From Eledone cirrhosa (Eukaryota): a stretch of DNA of 64,000 nucleotides. The stretch lies in the NCBI GenBank assembly GCA_964016885.1, contig OZ024746.1, positions 77,996,001 through 78,060,000 of the forward strand, read 5' to 3'. Within the stretch, counting starts at the first letter, position 1. The number at the start of each line of letters is the position of its first letter. Shown here piece by piece: positions 1 through 13,821 of this stretch. The position numbers were made by a program, and so were the translations under genes. The notes beneath the pieces are model-generated. The model worked only from the letters and a program-made list of their open reading frames with translations. It had not been told where the DNA came from and made no database searches.

Positions 1-100
1 GTTAACCTCGGCGGGATTTGAACTCAGATCATAAAGGGCCGTAACTCTTTGCTGCAAAGCATGGCGTCCGACCCTCTACCGATACTGCCAATCCATCGCC
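1..100 (-). mobile_element. SINE family A (tRNA-derived head), 5' part, cut by window edge
   Basis: Reverse complement matches the 5' half of copies at 836 and 44341 (GGATTGGCAGTATCGGTAGAGGGTCGGACGCC...GAGTTCAAATCCCGCCGAGGTTAAC). Confidence 0.85.
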
Positions 101-509
101 ATTAATAATAGAATTAATAAGAAATAATTCTTTTAGCAAAATTACCAAATACTTATACAGTGGTTTCAACTTTGGAACTTTTCTCTTCTCTTGAAGGATG
201 GATATATTTATTTAATCAATATTTTCAGTAGGGAAAATACAGATTTCTTCTTTTCAATTATTATTATTATTGTTGTTGTTATTATTTATTATTGTTGTTG
301 TTGTTGTTGTTGTTGTTGTGATTATTATTATCAACAATAACAACAATAATAATAATATATGGAATTTATACATTATTCCCAGTTGGTTGACATTACAGAA
401 ATGAGATTAATTCTCTTTTTCTTATCTGCTTGCTTCTTTCTTACCTTCCTACCATTGTTATTACTATATTATTCAGAAATGAAATAATGTTGTTTTTATT
501 GTTGTTTTT

Positions 510-730
510 AATTTCGGTACATGACCAAGAATGGGTAGGAGGGAGGAGTAGGGGAAGTCAGTTAATTGACCCCAGTACTTGACTGGTGCTTTATTTTATT
601 GGCCCTAGGAAAGATGACAGACGAAATTGGCCATGGCGGCAGAATTTGAACTCAGAATGTAAAGGGGCCGTAACTCCATGGTTTTAAGCATGGCGTCCAA
701 CGCTCTATCGATACTGTCAATCCACTGCTA
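510..730 (-). mobile_element. SINE family A, diverged copy
   Basis: GACCCCAGTACTTGACTGGTGCTTTATTTTATT...ATTTGAACTCAGAATGTAAAGGGGCCGTAACTC...AATCCAC. Confidence 0.75.
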
Positions 731-835
731 ATAATAAATGATTATTTATTAATGATTTATTAAAACCACGGAGTTACGAACCTTTACATTCTGAGTTCAA
801 ATTCTGCCATGATTGTTATTATTTTAAGGTAGTGA

Positions 836-1580
836 ATGGCGGTGGATTGGCAGTGTCAGTAGCAGGCCGGACGCCATGCTTTGCAGCATAGAGTTACGGC
901 CCTTTATGATCTGAGTTCAAATCCTGCCGAGGTTAACTTTGCCTTTCATCCTTACAGGGTCGATAAAATAAAGTACCAGTCACGGACTGGGGTCGATTTA
1001 ATCGACTTTCTCCTCCACCAAAATTGCTGGCCTTGTGCCTATATAAGAAACAATTATTTTAAGGTAGTGGATTGGCAGTATCGGTAGAGCATCGGACAAC
1101 ATGATTTGGTGTTATATGTTCTGAGTTTCAATCACGCAGAGGTTAGCTTTACCTTTCCTTCTTATGGGGTCAATATTATAAAGTACCAGTAATGCACTGG
1201 AGTCGATTTAATCGACTCCCCCCCCCAAAAAAAAAATTGCTGGCCTTCTGCCTAAAGTAAAAACAATTATTATTGAGTTGATAAAATAAAGTACCTGCCA
1301 AGTACTGGGGTTGAATCAACATTCCCCTTCCTCCATATTTGTTGGCCTTGTGTTCAAATTAGGAATCATTGGAGTGTCAGTGTCGGTAGAGGGTCGGATG
1401 CCATGCTTTGACGCATAGAGTTACGGCCCTTTCCATTCTGAGTTCAAATCCTGCCGAGGTTAACTTTGCCTTTCATCCTTACGGGGGTCGATAAAATAAA
1501 GTACCAGTAATGCACTGGGTAATTGCTGGCCTTGTGCCTAAAGTAGAAACAATTATTATTATTATTATTATTATTATTAT
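836..1580 (+). mobile_element. Cluster of head-to-tail SINE family A copies (about 836-1058, 1062-1272, partial 1277-1368, 1370-1580)
   Basis: Repeated B-box-like GAGTTCAAATCC, central GTTAACTTTGCCTTTCATCCTTACGGGGTCGATAAAATAAAGTACCAGT, and 3' GGCCTTGTGCCTAAAGTAGAAACA(ATT)n. Confidence 0.9.
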
Positions 1581-1633
1581 CATCTGCATTATTGTTGTTG
1601 TTTCAATATTATTTTTATTGCGTATCATCATCA

Positions 1634-1668
<35 letters not shown>

Positions 1669-2164
1669 TGTATCATTGTCATATATAACTTTGTGAAAAT
1701 TGTCACAAAGTCCATTTTGAACCAACCTAATTCAGTTTAATGACAAAGAGAAAAAGTGTTGTCAGTGTCTCTCTTGCAGACCTACTTCAACTTCTTTGAT
1801 CTGCTGCATCACAAACACTGACAATTCTCTGGTTACAGTTCACCCTTTGTTCTACAATTGAAAGAATGGTGAACTGAAACAAAGAAATTAGTTGTTGGAT
1901 ATATGTATGTATGAGAGATAATTATTGATGTTGGCTATCAGAAACAGCAACAACAAAAATAATAAGCATTTTAAGGCCTTTTTTCCTTGCTAAAGTAGAA
2001 GTTAGCTTTGCAGGCTCCCATGACAAGTTTCTATGTTTTCCCCTTTCATCAGCTCCCCACTCACCAACTCCCTGGCTTTCATTTCTTTCTCCACCATCTT
2101 TAGCCATGTCTTTCTCGGTCTTTCCCTTCCTTTACTTCCTTTCCTATTCATTTCCATTGTCTCA

Positions 2165-2625
2165 TCTAGTCACTTTCATCCTTCTTCAACACAACACAAT
2201 CATTTAATTTCTCTTCACAACATCCATCACCGACTCTATTCCCATTATCCAGTCACTTTCATCCCTCTTCAACACATGACTTAACCATCTCATTCCATTT
2301 CTCTTCACAATATCCTATCACTTGCTCCATTCCCTACATTCCTCTGACCCAGTCACTTTCATCCCTCTTCAACACATGACTTAACCATCTCATTCCATTT
2401 CTCTTCACAATATCCTATCACTTGCTCCATTCCCTACATTCCTCTGACCCAGTCACTTTCATCCTCCCTCAACATATGACTCCACCATTTCATTCTATTT
2501 CCTCTTCACAACATCCATCACTGGTTTTATTCCTCTCACCTAGTCACTTTTATCTTTCTTCCACACATGACTTAACCATATTATTCTATTTCTCTTCACA
2601 ATATTCTATCACTGGCATTATTCTC
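2165..2625. repeat. Pyrimidine-rich minisatellite, 100-bp core period, about 5 units
   Basis: AGTCACTTTC recurs at 2251, 2351 and 2451, with degenerate units near 2168 and 2542. Confidence 0.85.
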
Positions 2626-2674
2626 ACCATCCTCTACAATTCATTGCTGTCAGAAAACACTATATGTATATATC

Positions 2675-2830
2675 TTCATCATCATCATCATCGTTTAACG
2701 TCCATATTCCACGCTAGCATGGGTTAGACGGTTTTGTTCCATTTGATGCAGGAATGGTCGGGAGAACATGTCTCGCTTGTACGGAAGTGTCTCAGGCAGG
2801 TTTTTTACAGCTGGATGCCCTTCCTAACAC
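2675..2830 (-). mobile_element. Truncated SINE with GGAAGGGCATCC domain and RTE-type (ATG)n tail
   Basis: (CAT)n-CGTTTAACGTCC...CATGGGTTAGACGG...CAGCTGGATGCCCTTCCTAACACC. Confidence 0.8.
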
Positions 2831-3663
2831 CACACACACACACACACATATATATATGTATATATATGTGTAAATTTGAGAAAGTTTCCAGTTAGGTATT
2901 CGTCACAGTTGTAAGAACTATTTCCATTAAACTGTGATAATGTGTTACTCATGGTTGACAGGAATACTGTGATGTTTTGTTCATGACTCTGAGATGTTGT
3001 TTTTGTTGTTTAGCCTCATGATCGGTCCTCTTCTTCCTATGTACAGGGAACCCTGGGATATGTGGCCCTTTTCTAAGAGGTTTGGTTGCTATTTCTAATA
3101 AGTCAAGTGACCATGTAGAGGCTTTCTCCTGGCCTTGGTGAAAGCAATTTGTCCGGAAGAGTTGTAACTCTGAGTAAATTGTTGTACAAAGGAAACCTGT
3201 TTAATAGAGCAGTAACGCCATATAAAATCTCCCCAGAAGAGAGAGACACACTGTAAACCAGAGGGAAGGCAACATGTTTAGAAGACTTAGTAGCTCTGAA
3301 TAAAAACTGGGACAACATATAGAGGGATAGTTCAGTTCTAACAGACAATCCTTCCAGTGTTGATGTGACAATAAATACATACAATCCATACTATTAAATG
3401 GTTGGTGATAGTAAGGACATCCAGGCAGTAAAACATTGTCAAATTTATGACATACATAAATAAAGTGATAATTTAAATCCAAATTACTGTGGTTCTGAAA
3501 TATATAATCCTTTCATGACTGATTTTTTTTTTTTAAATACACTCTATTTAAATTAATTAATGAAAAATGTTGAAGGTTTTACTAAAATTATCAATTATTT
3601 CATTACTAAGATAGTAACTTAACATAAGGGTCTTATATAAAATTATGTTAGAAGATTTGAATA

Positions 3664-3744
3664 CAGGGTGTTCTGAAAAAAATGTATACATACTTCAAGA
3701 AGAATCTAATAAATATGTGTATATATTTTTGGGGGGTCACCCTG
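3664..3744. mobile_element. Tc1/mariner-type MITE
   Basis: TA|CAGGGTG...CACCCTG|TA termini with extended imperfect inverted ends. A related copy lies at 33295-33391. Confidence 0.8.
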
Positions 3745-4149
3745 TATATACCTTTCATATCCACAAAATGAGAGACACTGTTTATGATTAAAAAAAAAAA
3801 AATTTGAAAATAATCAAGAATTTAGAGGGATTTACAAAAATTTATGATAATTACCTCATTAAGCTGGTGTTTGGAATATAACAAAGGTTCTTGCATAAAA
3901 TTATGATTGAAGATATAAACGTAGTGCAACTTCAGGCAGATTGATATCAGATATCAGAAGGTTTAAATTGCAGGCCTTAAAAAATTGGTAGGTATGTTTC
4001 ATAGAACCAGAGCTGGTTTTGGCCAGGTTGCTATCGGAATGGTAGATGATGACAAATAAAAACACTAAAGTAGCAACTAAAACAAAACAACGTTAAAAAA
4101 ATACATTAATGCATTAGTCATTATGATTTTAAAGTAAAGAGGAAAGTTT

Positions 4150-4420
4150 GTGTGTCTCTGTGTATGTATGTGTGTACGTACACATGCATGTATGTATGTG
4201 TTTTTATTTATATATGTATATATGTATTTACATATATGTAGGTATGTATTTATTTATATATATGTATGTATTTATATATGTATGTATGTATGTATTTATA
4301 TATATGTATGTATGTATGTATTTATATATGTATGTATGTATGTATTTATATATATGTAAGTATGTATTTATATATGTATGTATATATATATATACACACG
4401 TGTGTGTGTGTGTGTGTGTC

Positions 4421-4452
<32 letters not shown>

Positions 4453-4508
4453 AATGTATGTATTTATATATATATGTAGGTTTATATATATATATATATG
4501 TATGTATG

Positions 4509-4553
<45 letters not shown>

Positions 4554-4672
4554 ATATATACATATATGTATGTATGTATTTATATATTTTGTATGCGTGT
4601 ATATATATATATATATGTATGTATATATATATATACATATAAGTATGTATTTATATATTTTGTGTTTGTGTG

Positions 4673-4726
<54 letters not shown>

Positions 4727-5075
4727 GTCTATGTGTGTATGTGTGTGGTGAAATTTAATTTCTCTTATTTGTCTAGGAGCACTTAGAGAAAGATGAGGTT
4801 GATGTGACATACTCACATCTTAAGTCTAAGTTGATTAGACCTGTCTTTTTTTAGACTGATTATTGAGGTTAAACTGTCTCCACGGGGCCTACGCAACATT
4901 ACTGATACATCATCGGCTATTACAGCTGAAACATGTTTGTTTGTTTCTTTGTTTATTTTACATTGCTACTATATATGTATTGTTATATATATATATGTAT
5001 ATATATATATATTTATATAGTTTTTATTTTGATTTTGCTGTGTATGTGTGTATATATATATATGTACACAAACAT

Positions 5076-5164
<89 letters not shown>

Positions 5165-5326
5165 TATATATACATATGTATATACACACGTTTTTCCTTT
5201 TGACTGTCTTCATTATATTTATTTGAATAAAAACCTCGCAAAAAAAGTTTTTATTACATACAGTCTTTCATTAGGGAAAAAATAAATGAATTACGTATAT
5301 ATATATAATTACATTATGTTATAATT

Positions 5327-5363
<37 letters not shown>

Positions 5364-5657
5364 GTGTGTGTGTGTGTGTGTACCTTTTTTACTATTTTAC
5401 TGGTTTCAGTGATATACATACACACACTCATAGAACAGCTATAAATATATGTGTGTTTGTGTGTGTGTATATCTACACATAACACACATATCTGTATGTG
5501 TATAGTGTGTAAGCTCTTTAGTAGTGCTATTTCTGCTTCAGTTTTTATTAGCTTATAGATTCTAACATTCAGTTTGGTTCTCTTTTCTTCTTTCTTAATG
5601 TAAAGTTAACAAAACAAAACAGGAATCACCATGTGTGTATATGTGTGTGTTTATATT

Positions 5658-5702
<45 letters not shown>

Positions 5703-5950
5703 ATATGTTTGTGTATGTATGTGTGTGTGTATATAAATATGTGTGTGTGTGTGTATAAATATATATGTGTGTGTGTGTATATATATATATGCATATACAT
5801 ATATATATATATATGTATATGTATTTTCAAGTACATGTGTATATATGTTTGTGTGCATATATATATATATATATGTGTGTATATATGTTTGTGTGTGTGT
5901 GTACGTTTATACACACACACACACACAGACACACACACATGTATATTAAT
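4150..5950. repeat. Compound (TA)n/(TG)n/(TATG)n microsatellite field (representative; similar fields at 16946-17360, 23400-23820, 28668-28945, 29368-29710, 35545-35870, 38548-39170, 61630-62100)
   Basis: Directly visible dinucleotide and tetranucleotide repeats. They are the source of the Y/I/C/V-rich ORFs. Confidence 0.97.
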
Positions 5951-6209
5951 TAGATTGTGATCAGTTTTTTTGATACAATGTGTGTACTGAAAAATCCTAC
6001 ACTAAAGCGAAATAATTGAAGTAAAATTCCAAGAGCATTTTAGAATATCTTAGCTGTCTTTAGATTGAAATAATAAAAGTAAAATAATATTAGCAAAGGG
6101 AAATAACTCAAGTGGGCCAATGGCATGAAGTTAGTTAAACAAGTTTAGGGCATTATTCTAAATGTTGTATTCCCAAAAAATGTTCAATGAAGTGAAATTT
6201 TCTCCTCTG

Positions 6210-6450
6210 TTATGTAAAAGAGTTTTGGTACATGGGTTGGGTGGTAATGAGGAGGGGCATGGTACTAAAACTGAAGCGAAAGGTGTATGCTACATGTGTG
6301 AGAAGTGCGATGGTTTATGAATTTGGAGCAACAGAGAAAGCTGGAAAGAATGGAAATGAGAATTGGATGGTGGAATAGCAGAGCATCACTAAGAGATAGA
6401 AAGATAAACAATGAATTGCAATAGATGTTGGTAATGAAAGGCTTAGATAT
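6210..6450 (+). mobile_element. Old RTE-clade LINE fragment (post-RT region), decayed
   Basis: Translates in pieces as KVYATCVRSAMVY...KLERMEMR...SLRDRKINNEL, resembling RTE ORF C-terminal motifs. Confidence 0.6.
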
Positions 6451-6719
6451 ATTGTCTGTATCATCCTTCTCAATTCCTTAGCTTTTATTACCTATTCCAT
6501 TATCTTTATACAGGTTTTGGATCCCCGAAATTGTTCGGACAAAAATTGTTTCAGTTTTGGAATAGTTGTATATTTTTTGTATACAGCATCTATAGAATGA
6601 GACAACTTTAAGATAGAATCCAAGCCCAATCAGTTTAGATTTCATAATACATGTATACCTATACCTAGAAGGTAATTTTATATTATTTTCATTTTTGTTA
6701 AATTTGTATAAATACAAGT

Positions 6720-7100
6720 AATAGGCACAAGGCCAGCAATTACCCAGTGCATTACTGGTACTTTATTTTATCGACCCCGTAAGGATGAAAGGCAAAGTCA
6801 ACCTCGGCGGGATTTGAACTCGTATTACATTGTGTTATATTTTACTGGTTTCATAAATACAAGTAATAATTGTTTCTACTTTAGGCACAAGGCCAGCAAT
6901 TACCCAGTACATTACTGGGGGGGGGGGGGAGTCGATTAAATCGATCCCAGTGCATTACTGGTACTTTATTTTATCAAACCCATAAGGATGAAAGGCAAAG
7001 CTAACCTTGGCGGGATTTGAACTCCGATCGTAAAGGGCCGTAACTCTATGCTACAAAGCATGGTGTCTGACGCTCTACCGATTCTGCCAATCTTCCACAA
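6720..7100 (-). mobile_element. Two SINE family A copies (truncated 6720-6822; near full 6867-7098)
   Basis: Reverse-complement match to the family A consensus seen elsewhere in the window. Confidence 0.88.
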
Positions 7101-8589
7101 GTAATAATGTTTGTCATTTTACACTGGCCCACAGTTTTATGTGATGAAATTCAGATTTCACATAAAAATGTTTTGTTTCTACTCCAGGAAAAGAAAATGA
7201 CAGACTTGTCAGATTGCTGTCCTGGCTCACAGTGTGTCTTGGGTATTTTAAACCTGGCAAACCCATCTCTCTTCAGGTCTGAACATAGTTGATTTCTTCC
7301 AGAAAAGAGGCGAGGGCAAGGGAAATAGAGGATAAGTTGACCCCCAATACTAGACTGGTTCTTTAAGGAGGAAAGGCAAATTTGAGCTCAGTGGTATTTC
7401 AACTCAGTAAGCTGGGCCTTGACAGCTCTGGGTTCTTCATTTATTGTATTTACTTCATCTGTCAATTTACATGTACCAAAAAACAGTATGATTATTGCTT
7501 ACAAAACGTAGAATAAATTTAATCTGGGCAAGTCCCACCCTGGGTCATGTGAAGTCACTTACAACAGCTGCCATGGAGTACCCAACAGCTGTACATCATT
7601 CGGAAATCTTTTCAGTGCTTGGAGGAATTTTCCATTTGTAATGAATCATGTCAACACTAGAACAACTTTCAGACTTTGGAAGTTTTGAGACAAAGCTTGT
7701 ATACTGCTTATCATTCATTGGACAGTGGGCAAATTTCTTTTAGAAGTTTTCAAGTCTTATTTATTCTTCCCTCTACTGGAATCCTATTGAACATTATATA
7801 CTTATTGAAATGGCTGTATCATTGTAAATGTTATAGGCATGTGTTCACATGTTTGCAAGAATTTTTTTTTTTTTTCTGTGTACATGCACATTTAAAATAG
7901 AGTGGTATATTTCTTTATAATATAATATCTAGATGGCCCTTTAAATTCATATTATTGCAGCATGTAGATATATAAAAAAAAACACACACATACCACATAC
8001 CTACACAACCACACATAGGCACATACGCATGTGCACACACAAACACACATGCATAAGTATATGTGAGAACTGATAATCCATTTATTTTTTTAGTTTTAAT
8101 GTATATCTATCACAAAGGGAGGTAATCTATATTTTGCATCACAAAGGGAGTGAATAATGAGGGCTTTTTTTGTATTTGTTTCTTTTGGATGAAAAAAATA
8201 TTTCCAACCTAATGGAGAAGATAAAGGCATCAGTTATGTGGGACGTGGGAGTATTTCATAAGAGATAATGGAATATAGTTAGAATTTATAGTTTAGAGAA
8301 TGTTGGGGAGGAATATGTGTTAGATATACTGCAGTGATGGTGCACGGCTTCGTGGTTAGGATGCTGGGCTCACAGTAGTAAGGCCATAAGTTTAATTCTT
8401 GAACTGTATTGCACAGTTGGAAAAAAAAATGAGTTATGACAACACTGATGCTGAGCAGTATCAGCTTTTGACTTTTTTTTGGACAACATTGATGGCTTTG
8501 AGAGAGAAGACTTGCTTCTATGGGGGACTGTTGGCTTTCCTTTAAACAGCCTGCCTGGGCATGTCTCAGTCTATTATGGATGCAAGACC

Positions 8590-8812
8590 TAAACATATTT
8601 CTCAGGGTGATTCTGTATGACACAGCATATAACAAGGGTGGCTATTTGAATCACAGGTACAGTTAATTTTTTCCAGCTGAGTGGACTGGAGCAATGTGAA
8701 ATAAAGTGATAAAGAGTCTTACTTAAGGACACAATGCACCATTTGGTCCCAGAATCGAAATTCATGATTTTTACAATCCTTAGCCAAGCACCTTTACCAC
8801 TAAGCCTCACAC
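8590..8812 (-). mobile_element. tRNA-head CORE-type SINE, diverged
   Basis: Minus strand reads GGCTTAGTGGTAAAGG...GTCCTTAAGTAAGACTCTTTA...TTTCACATTGCTCCAGTCCACTCAGCTGG (CORE-like). Confidence 0.7.
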
Positions 8813-9281
8813 CTTTACTGGAAATTATATAACATGTGACAACAGACCTGCAGAGAATGGTGTGAGAAATTCTTCAATTGAGTTTGGTTTGAGTGGAAAG
8901 TTCTGTTGCAATTAGTTGCAACCTATGCTGAACTAAAGCCGTTCATTAAATACAACGAGACTCTTCTGTTCCTCCATTATTCCCCTCACCAGATTTTTTT
9001 TATATTTTTATTGTTAAAAAATAAAAAAAATAGAGAAATAATGACTTGCACATGCATGTTGTGTATGAGTATGTCAATACTAATGTTCTAAAGAATAACA
9101 TTTATAAGTAAAGACATGGCCAAAAATGGTAGGACACTTGAAGCAAGGTTTTGTGCAAGCATGGCTGTGTGGTTAAGAAGTTCACTTTGCAACCATGTGG
9201 TTTTCAATTTGACCCCACTGTGTGACACAAGTGTCAGCTACTAAACCTCAGGTTGACCAGTAGAACCTTGTTATGTATGTA

Positions 9282-9314
<33 letters not shown>

Positions 9315-9420
9315 TAATTGGATACCATCATAAAACTCTGAGTACCGATGAAAACATATTAAAGGCTCATTCTTTCATGATAACAATTCACACTCAAATA
9401 ACTATAATAACTATATATAT

Positions 9421-9672
9421 ATATATAAATGAAAATGTCTGTCTGTCTGTATGCAGGCAATGCATTTCCACAGTTTCCATTCGATTTTGTTCAATTTTGA
9501 TACATAGGTTATTTAGCTTTCGGAGCATGCCAATATATAGTTTAAATCTTGTTCTCCGCTAAAACACCACGGCTCTGGGCCTATTCAAAGATGGCCATGT
9601 TGAGGAGAGGGGGAGGGGGTCTTTATTTACAGTGGCAAAAAGTATGCCTGGCAACAATGGGCTCTTTTGCTA

Positions 9673-9673
<1 letters not shown>
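9421..9673 (+). mobile_element. Probable non-autonomous Helitron
   Basis: Starts TATATAAATGAAAATGTCTGTCTGTCTGT and ends GCCTGGCAACAATGGGC-TCTTTTG-CTAA|T, a decayed sub-terminal hairpin plus a CTAG-like end. No TIR. Confidence 0.55.
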
Positions 9674-9703
<30 letters not shown>

Positions 9704-10307
9704 CAGGGGGAGAGAGAGAGATATGACAGTGCTGGAATGCAGGCATAAAAAGGATGATGACAGTGTATATATATATATATATATATATATGGATGTATGT
9801 ATGTATGTCCATGTCTGTGTTTATATTTATTGATTGTTTATGACCCATAATGCAGCAGTCCACCAAAAAAAGTGATCAATAATATAAGTACCACAAGTAC
9901 CAGACTTGAAAAAAGTATATACTGGTACCAATGTGATTGAACAGATCCTTTCCAGGTGGCACCATATGTTTGCCGTCTAATGATTGAAAACTGTCAAAAG
10001 AATTGGGAAGAAAAATTCTAGTTAGTCACTTAAAAAGAATTGTTCTTTAAGAGAGCATAAAATTGTAGAGATTTCAAGAATTATTCCAGGATATACTAAT
10101 CGAGCATGAGTTTCGGAGTCTGCGTAATGTTATGTAATGTGTATGTGTGTGTGTGGGTATATTTGTATTGCAAACGGGAGAATTTGAGCTAGCTTTCTTT
10201 CTCCAAAACCCTCACCAATTCTCTAACTATCTATCTGCCTACTGACTGAAGCTTACTTCCACATATTTATAAATTACACTGTGTTTCTATGTATGTATGT
10301 ATGTATG

Positions 10308-10339
<32 letters not shown>

Positions 10340-11582
10340 TGTATGTATGTATGTATGTATGTATGTATGTATGTATATGCGTGTGTGAACAATGGAAGAG
10401 AGGGAGAAAGTAGGTTGGAATAAATTTATATAAAAATATGTCTTGATTTATTTTAAACCTTTTATTTCTGTCTTTATACATTACATTCACAGAAATATAT
10501 ATATTTTTCCCCATTTACCATTTAAATTACCCATTCCATTCTCTGTAATATGTTTTTAGATTATTATTATTATTATCTATTTATTTATTATTATTGTTGT
10601 TATTATTATTGTTATTATTACTATTATTTGGTTTGTTTATTTTTATTAAGTTAGCAAATGTAGTCAGTAAATGAAACATTATCATCCATTATACCTTTTT
10701 CTCTCTTTCCTGAAGTTTATAGTGTGAAGCATGTTCATCTGTTTTCCTACCTCCCACCTACCCACCCCTTCCTCTCTTTTATGGCACTTTTATTTATTTA
10801 TTTATTTAATTGTGTTCTTTTCTGAATGTAATTCCTTTGGGATGAAACCAAACCAATCTGAATTAATTTTCACTTGATTAGTTTGAGCATGTGATTGGAA
10901 TAATTTCTGATTGATTTTGTTCAAATTAGCAAGAATTTTAGGAGTCTGAAATTTTCTTACCAAAACATGACCATTATTCATGCTTTCAGCATTTAAAAAT
11001 GGCAATTAGTCATTGAATTATTGAGGGTGTGGGTTTGGTGGATGGACGTGTAGAGTGGGGTGTGTGAAATCAATAACAAATTATATTAAATAATAAATAA
11101 GGATGATGGTGGTGATAATAATTTCTTTATAATCATTACCATCATCATTATCATCATCATTACCATTTATTTTTCCATGCTTGCATGGGTTAGATAGGTT
11201 GTGGCATCATGAGACAGGTCAAGTCCGGAGACTACGTCATACTCATATGGATCTGTATTTGGGCTTGGTTTCTACAGCTGAATGCTCTTTAGTAATAATA
11301 ATAGTTATTATTTCTATTTGGGGCACAAGGCCAGCAATATGAAAGGAAAGGAAAAGCCAATTAAATTGTCCTCAATTTCTTACTGGTACACTTCATCTCA
11401 TTGACTCCGTAAGGATGAAAGGCAACGTCAACCTCGGTAGGATTTGAACTGAGAATGTAGAAAGTTGTAACTAAATAAAAATAATAATAATAATAATAAT
11501 AATAATAATTGTTTCTACTTTTGGCACAAGGCCAGCAATTATCCTAGTGTATTACTGGTAATAATAATAATAATAATAATTA

Positions 11583-11869
11583 ACTGATACCAGGATTTAA
11601 AGTAGGAATTACAAATATTTGAGACTGTCATGAGATCAAGGTGATCCTGATTGTCTTAGGAGCACGAGGTACTATCTCGTAGAGTTTTCAAGGATGGTTA
11701 AAGGACATTAGTCCTGCCCTCTTTTTTGGAGCACTTCAAAAGGCTTGCTTGCTGGGAACAGCAAGAACCCTCTGATATGTGCTGAATATCTGAGGCTGCA
11801 GGTAGCGGCTTGAGGTTCATTTGAACAAACTTCCCAGTTAAATAACACCAATGACTGAGACTCCAAGAA
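11583..11869 (+). mobile_element. R4/Dong-like (restriction-like endonuclease) non-LTR retrotransposon 3' end, pseudogenised
   Basis: Translates YQDLK*EL..., then after a frameshift IKVILIVLGARGTIS*SFQGWLKDI...LQKACLLGTARTL*YVLNI*. Flanked on both sides by (AAT)n. Confidence 0.75.
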
Positions 11870-11877
11870 AATAATAA

Positions 11878-12380
11878 TAATTGTTTCTACTTTAGGCACA
11901 AGGCCAGCAATTACCCAGTGCATTACTGGTACTTTATTTTATCGACCCCGTAAGGATGAAAGGCAAAGTCAACCTCGGCGGGATTTGAACTCAGATCGTA
12001 AAGGGACGTAACTATGCTGGAAAGCATGACGTCCGACCCTCTACCATGTAATATTGCTGTTCGTATGCACGCATCATACAGTCTGCCTTTCATTTTGAGG
12101 GAAAAGCGTTTTGCAGCTAGCAGTGGCAGTAGCTCCCTGAACTTCTTCTATCCCGTTCTTACCCTAGTTATTGTACTTTCCGAACACCCACCTCAGCTGC
12201 TAATTCGGTCACCTAGGTAGCAGAAGCTGTCTACTGTTTCTACAGAGCTCACCCAGAGTTTGGTGGTACTTGTTTCATGTGGCTGTTTGCTGCTTGCTGT
12301 CCCAGCACAGCTGCTACATATGAAGCCAACATTCTTAGTTAAGCTTCCTGAGATCCTCTACGGATACTGCCAATCCACAG
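11878..12380 (-). mobile_element. SINE family A interrupted by an internal RTE fragment
   Basis: SINE body at 11878-12045 resumes at 12352 (GATCCTCTACGGATACTGCCAATCCAC). Confidence 0.85.
12046..12351 (-). mobile_element. RTE-clade LINE internal RT fragment
   Basis: Minus strand translates SGSLTKNVGFICSSCAG...VETVDSFCYLGDRISS*GGCSESTITRVRTG*KKFRELLPLLAAKRFSLKMKGRLYDACIRTAILH. Confidence 0.85.
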
Positions 12381-13285
12381 CCCAAGAAAATAATAATAAT
12401 AATGGTTTCTTATATAGGCACAAGGCCAGCAATTTTGGGGGGAGGGGAAAGTCGATTAAATTGATCCCAGTGCATGACTGGTACTTTATTTCATCGACAC
12501 CGTAAGGATGAAAAGCAAAGTTAACCTCGGCAGGATAGCTTTACCTCTCATCCTAATGATAATAATGATGATGATGGTTTCTTTATTGGCCACAAGAGCA
12601 CCGAATGAGAAGACATTACAAAGACAACATACATAAAGTGTTGGTAGGTTTACATAGAAATTGGATGAAGGAAAAATATTTCTGTTTAAATATTGATATA
12701 ATATTGGTGATGGTGATGATGATGGTGATAATAGTTATAATGATTTCTTATTGAATATTGATATAATAATGATGGTGGTGGTGATTGTGATGATAATAAG
12801 AAATTATAGTGTTTTCTTTTTTAATGTTGTTATATTGATGATTGTGATGATGATGATGATGAGGATGATAAGAAATTATAATGCTTTCTTAATATTGATA
12901 TAATATTGATGATGGTAGCAGTGATAATGATGATCATAATAATGATAAAAGAAACTACAATACTTTCTTTTTTAATATTGATATAATGGTGGTGATTTTA
13001 ATAATAATAGTAATAATAGTAATAATAATAATGATGATGATGATGATGATGATGATGATAATGACACGAGAAAACCTGTTTTGGCTTTGCAGCCATAATT
13101 TAAATCTTTCGTTGGTGATTGTAAAAAATCAATACAATATATTTATATGTCGACATCTTCCAGATCAATGTAAGCCAATTTGTTTGATTACATGTTCTTG
13201 CAAGTGATTTCATTCATGTGTGATTTTTCAAAATTTCTTCTTCTGTATAACAACTGGTTTCTTTACACACACACACAAATACATG

Positions 13286-13317
<32 letters not shown>

Positions 13318-13524
13318 ATCATAATAATAATGAAAATGATTGTGTACAGTGGTGCTCAGGTGCACTTCAACTCATCAAATGTGCATAGAATAATGTACAA
13401 ATGTCAGGAAAGTGATCAGTATATATATATCATCATTTAATACTCATTTTCATTATAACAATGGTTGGACTGTATATGAATGTCTGACTGAGTGTATATA
13501 TATTATGAAAAAGTAAATGGAAAA

Positions 13525-13665
13525 CAGCACAGTGTATGATACAGTACAATGAAGATATGTATTAGTTTAACACCTGATATAGTTGGAAAAAAGTCTTAAC
13601 ATTTCAGATGCTAGTCCTTCATCTGAAGATAGAATGAAAAATAAAAGTAGAAATAGAAAAAGGTG
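13525..13665 (-). mobile_element. Decayed single arm of the hammerhead-bearing element at 40719-41090
   Basis: TATTAGTTTAACACCTGATATAG...GTCTTAACATTTCAGATGCTAGTCCTTCATCTGAAGATAG aligns with 40768-40835. The core is mutated to CAGATGA. Confidence 0.7.
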
Positions 13666-13821
13666 TGCGAGGAGGAAGAAACTGAAAAAAAAATGGATAG
13701 CTTTTCTCTTCAGCCATGCCAGTCTGAGAAAGTAATTAAGATATTTAAGGGAAACCTATTAAATAGGTAAATAAAGAAATAAAACTTAATTGTAGGACAA
13801 TAACACGAACAGTAGTAGCAA

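Noticed and set aside
1740-1870. Possible small host exon
   Set aside because: AG/GT candidates exist on both strands, but frames hit stops or have weak donors; not supportable without transcripts.
3103-3482. Two 93-aa minus-strand ORFs in unique-looking sequence
   Set aside because: No recognisable domain or convincing splice structure; lengths are compatible with chance.
4895-4945. Possible hammerhead (GGCT-ATTAC-AGCT-GAAACATGTT)
   Set aside because: The 3' half fits, but there is no recognisable CUGANGA at the right spacing; too decayed to call.
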